DNA from: an uncultured Alphaproteobacteria bacterium
Lineage (GTDB): Bacteria > Pseudomonadota > Alphaproteobacteria > ATCC43930 > CGMCC-115725
Length of the DNA: 24,000 bases
Reading direction: 5' to 3'
NCBI GenBank assembly: GCA_963810055.1
Contig: CAWEME010000008.1
Coordinates: 174,124-198,123, forward strand
In this document: in pieces, positions 22,144 to 24,000 of the stretch
Position numbering within the stretch: the stretch's first letter is position 1
Layout: each line of letters begins with the position of its first letter
Notes under the pieces: generated by a model
What the model was told of the DNA's origin: nothing
Databases searched by the model: none
What the model saw: the letters and a program-made list of their open reading frames with translations, nothing else
Position numbers and translations under genes: made by a program

Positions 22144-22553
22144 GGAGCACCTTTCATATTGTCTTTGCGCCGGGAACACTGCGAGGGCTTCTTTTTAATT
22201 TTGAAAACAACGGGTCAGCAAAGCCTCATTTCATGATCTCCCCCTAATATTATGAATGCGTTGGAATTTAGGCGCGGTGGCGGAATGAACGTTGATCTCT
22301 ATTAATCTTAGCATTTTTCCCGGTTATCAGGCGCAGGGAACACAATAAGCCAGTTTAATACATTGACCTAATTCTCAGATGAACAATGTTTCATCGCTGG
22401 GAAACATGGGCATAAGGTCGTGTCTGCAATATTCCTCGTCAGAGGGTTTTTCGACCCACCCTGAACGGGAGATCCAATCTCTCTATCTCGCTGGTTCAAA
22501 AATCTGTCGGGCCAATCTTGCAACTAACACCGATATGAAAAAGGAGAACCGAA

Positions 22554-23501
22554 ATGAGTAAACCCAGCTCTCTGCCAGCATTGATCTTTGTCGTCATTCT
22601 CGGCATCGGTTTGGCCTTCGCCTATGCAACCTTTGACCTTTTCGATTACGGTGAAAGCCTGATGATCGCCGTTGGTTCCGTAATCTTTGCTTTTATTGTG
22701 TCCTACTCCGTCAAGGTTGCGGATCAATGGGAACGGGTCGTGGTGCTACGGCTTGGCCGCTTCCGCGCGCTCAGGGGCCCAGGCTTGTTTTTCATCATTC
22801 CGATCATCGAAACCGTCGCCTATTGGATCGACACCCGCGTGATCACGAGCGCGTTCAAGGCGGAAAAGACCCTCACCAAGGACACGGTGCCGGTGGATGT
22901 CGATGCGGTGCTGTTCTGGAAGGTCGTCGACCCAAAGAAGGCGGCGCTCGACGTTGCCGACTATGGCAGCGCCATCAATTGGGCCGCGCAGACAGCGCTG
23001 CGCGATGTCATCGGCAAGACCATGCTTTCGGACATGCTGGAAGGCCGGGATAAGATCAGCAACGAGTTGCAGAAGATCATCGACGTGCGGACCGAGCCCT
23101 GGGGCATCAACGTCATTTCGGTCGAGGTCAAGGATGTGCTGATCCCTTCGGCCTTGGAAGACGCGATGTCGATGCAGGCGCAGGCGGAGCGCGAACGCCA
23201 GGCGCGCGTCATCCTCGGCGATTCGGAGCGCCAGGTAGCCGAGAAATTCGTGGAGGCGGCGAGGATTTACGCCAATAATTCGACCGCATTCCATCTGCGC
23301 GCCATGAATATGCTGTATGAGGGCCTGAAGGCGAACGCATCGATCGTCATCGTTCCGAGCACTGCCGTTGAAACCATGCAGCTCGGCAACCTCGCGGGCT
23401 TGACCGCACTGGCCAAGGAGACGATCCAGGAACGCGCCGGCGAGCGCGCGCCAAGCTCATCTTCGGGCCCATGGTCTGGCTCCGCCCCCGCGAAATCGTA
23501 A
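22554..23501 (+). CDS. SPFH/band-7 (stomatin/slipin-like) membrane protein
   Basis: Strong RBS AAGGAG. Two N-terminal TM segments are followed by QWERVVVLRLGRFRALRGPGLFFIIP..., TKDTVPVDVDAVLFWKV and REPWGINVISVEVKDV, the typical PHB-domain blocks. The C-terminus is an Ala/Glu-rich helix. Confidence 0.9.
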   Translation: MSKPSSLPALIFVVILGIGLAFAYATFDLFDYGESLMIAVGSVIFAFIVSYSVKVADQWERVVVLRLGRFRALRGPGLFFIIPIIETVAYWIDTRVITSAFKAEKTLTKDTVPVDVDAVLFWKVVDPKKAALDVADYGSAINWAAQTALRDVIGKTMLSDMLEGRDKISNELQKIIDVRTEPWGINVISVEVKDVLIPSALEDAMSMQAQAERERQARVILGDSERQVAEKFVEAARIYANNSTAFHLRAMNMLYEGLKANASIVIVPSTAVETMQLGNLAGLTALAKETIQERAGERAPSSSSGPWSGSAPAKS

Positions 23502-23623
23502 TCGGAACACCGCGCGGCGCCCTGTACCGGCTAGGCGGCGTTCGTAATTTGGTACCAAACTCGCGGCGAGACGAACGCGCAAGCCGCGTTAAACTTTGCG
23601 AGCAGCATCAAAGTCTTTCCCAG

Positions 23624-23998
23624 TTAAGGCTGGGGCTTTTCGAGCTGCTCATCAGCAGGGCTTTTCCCGGGGGAGGCTACGCAGACGTAGCGCTGGGTTA
23701 GCATATTGCCTATTTGGGATTTGGCACCCTCCGGTTTCGCGTCCCTGTTCCAAGCGAGACACTGTCGTTCCGCTATGGCTTCTGCTTGAGAATCGGGAAT
23801 TCCACGCGGATCCCAACGAACGACCAAAGCGCGTGGGGGCTGAGACTGCGATGGATAAAAAAGTGGCTGGCCTTCGGTCGTGTAAACATAATCGATTGAA
23901 AGCGAGGGAGGCGAGAGAGGTTGGCTCGGTGCGCACGCGAATACGAAGAGACAGCACCCGGCGCACGCCAGACACCGTATTCTTTTGACATGCGTCAA
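23624..23998 (-). CDS. putative small lipoprotein
   Basis: The N-terminus KRIRCLACAGCCLFVFAC has a lipobox-like FVFAC and is followed by Pro/Ser-rich mature sequence. The start lies 3 nt from the window end, so an upstream extension cannot be excluded. Confidence 0.5.
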   Translation of the reverse strand: MTHVKRIRCLACAGCCLFVFACAPSQPLSPPSLSIDYVYTTEGQPLFYPSQSQPPRALVVRWDPRGIPDSQAEAIAERQCLAWNRDAKPEGAKSQIGNMLTQRYVCVASPGKSPADEQLEKPQP

Positions 23999-24000
23999 CT

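Noticed and set aside
21119-22236. + strand ORFs 21119-21616 (165 aa) and 21565-22236 (223 aa)
   Set aside because: The second is antisense to the Sel1-repeat gene. The first runs across the Element 2 att site and the Sel1 3' end. Both are Arg/Pro/Ala-rich with no motifs.
22746-23294. 182-aa minus-strand ORF inside the SPFH gene
   Set aside because: It is a shadow frame of a strongly supported SPFH/band-7 gene.

Overview
The window opens with the tail of an alphaproteobacterial-type rrn operon: the 23S 3' end, 5S rRNA and initiator tRNA-fMet. Two integrative elements then sit in tandem at the tRNA-fMet gene, followed by ordinary-looking core genes (a Sel1-repeat protein, an SPFH/band-7 protein and a small lipoprotein). 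Element 1 (GI-1, about 16.2 kb, 479-16779) is bounded by a perfect 47-bp direct repeat that starts at the first base of the tRNA anticodon loop. It carries a P4-like tyrosine integrase, an AlpA/Xis-like HTH protein and three pairs of GGAAGCAY arm-type repeats. Its cargo is a roughly 8-kb block in which every gene lies on the + strand. That block holds a HEPN-motif protein, a 2-TM protein, a Ser-type long-variable-arm tRNA with a Phe (GAA) anticodon, three uncharacterised proteins, and a Vsr / C5-cytosine methyltransferase / putative restriction endonuclease module. Inverted paralogous copies of a tiny membrane-protein gene bracket the block. Element 2 (about 4.45 kb, 16780-21233) is a minimal element built around a large serine recombinase. 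It also carries a VapC/Phd-type toxin-antitoxin pair, two small ORFs and an IS3-family (IS407-group) insertion, and its two ends reconstitute a 48-bp near-perfect palindromic attP. The strongest candidates for something undescribed are the aberrant tRNA, the HEPN/2-TM pair and the three-gene cluster upstream of the RM system. No CRISPR array was seen. All calls come from reading the sequence and ORF translations by eye; no database search was possible, so family assignments rest on motifs only.
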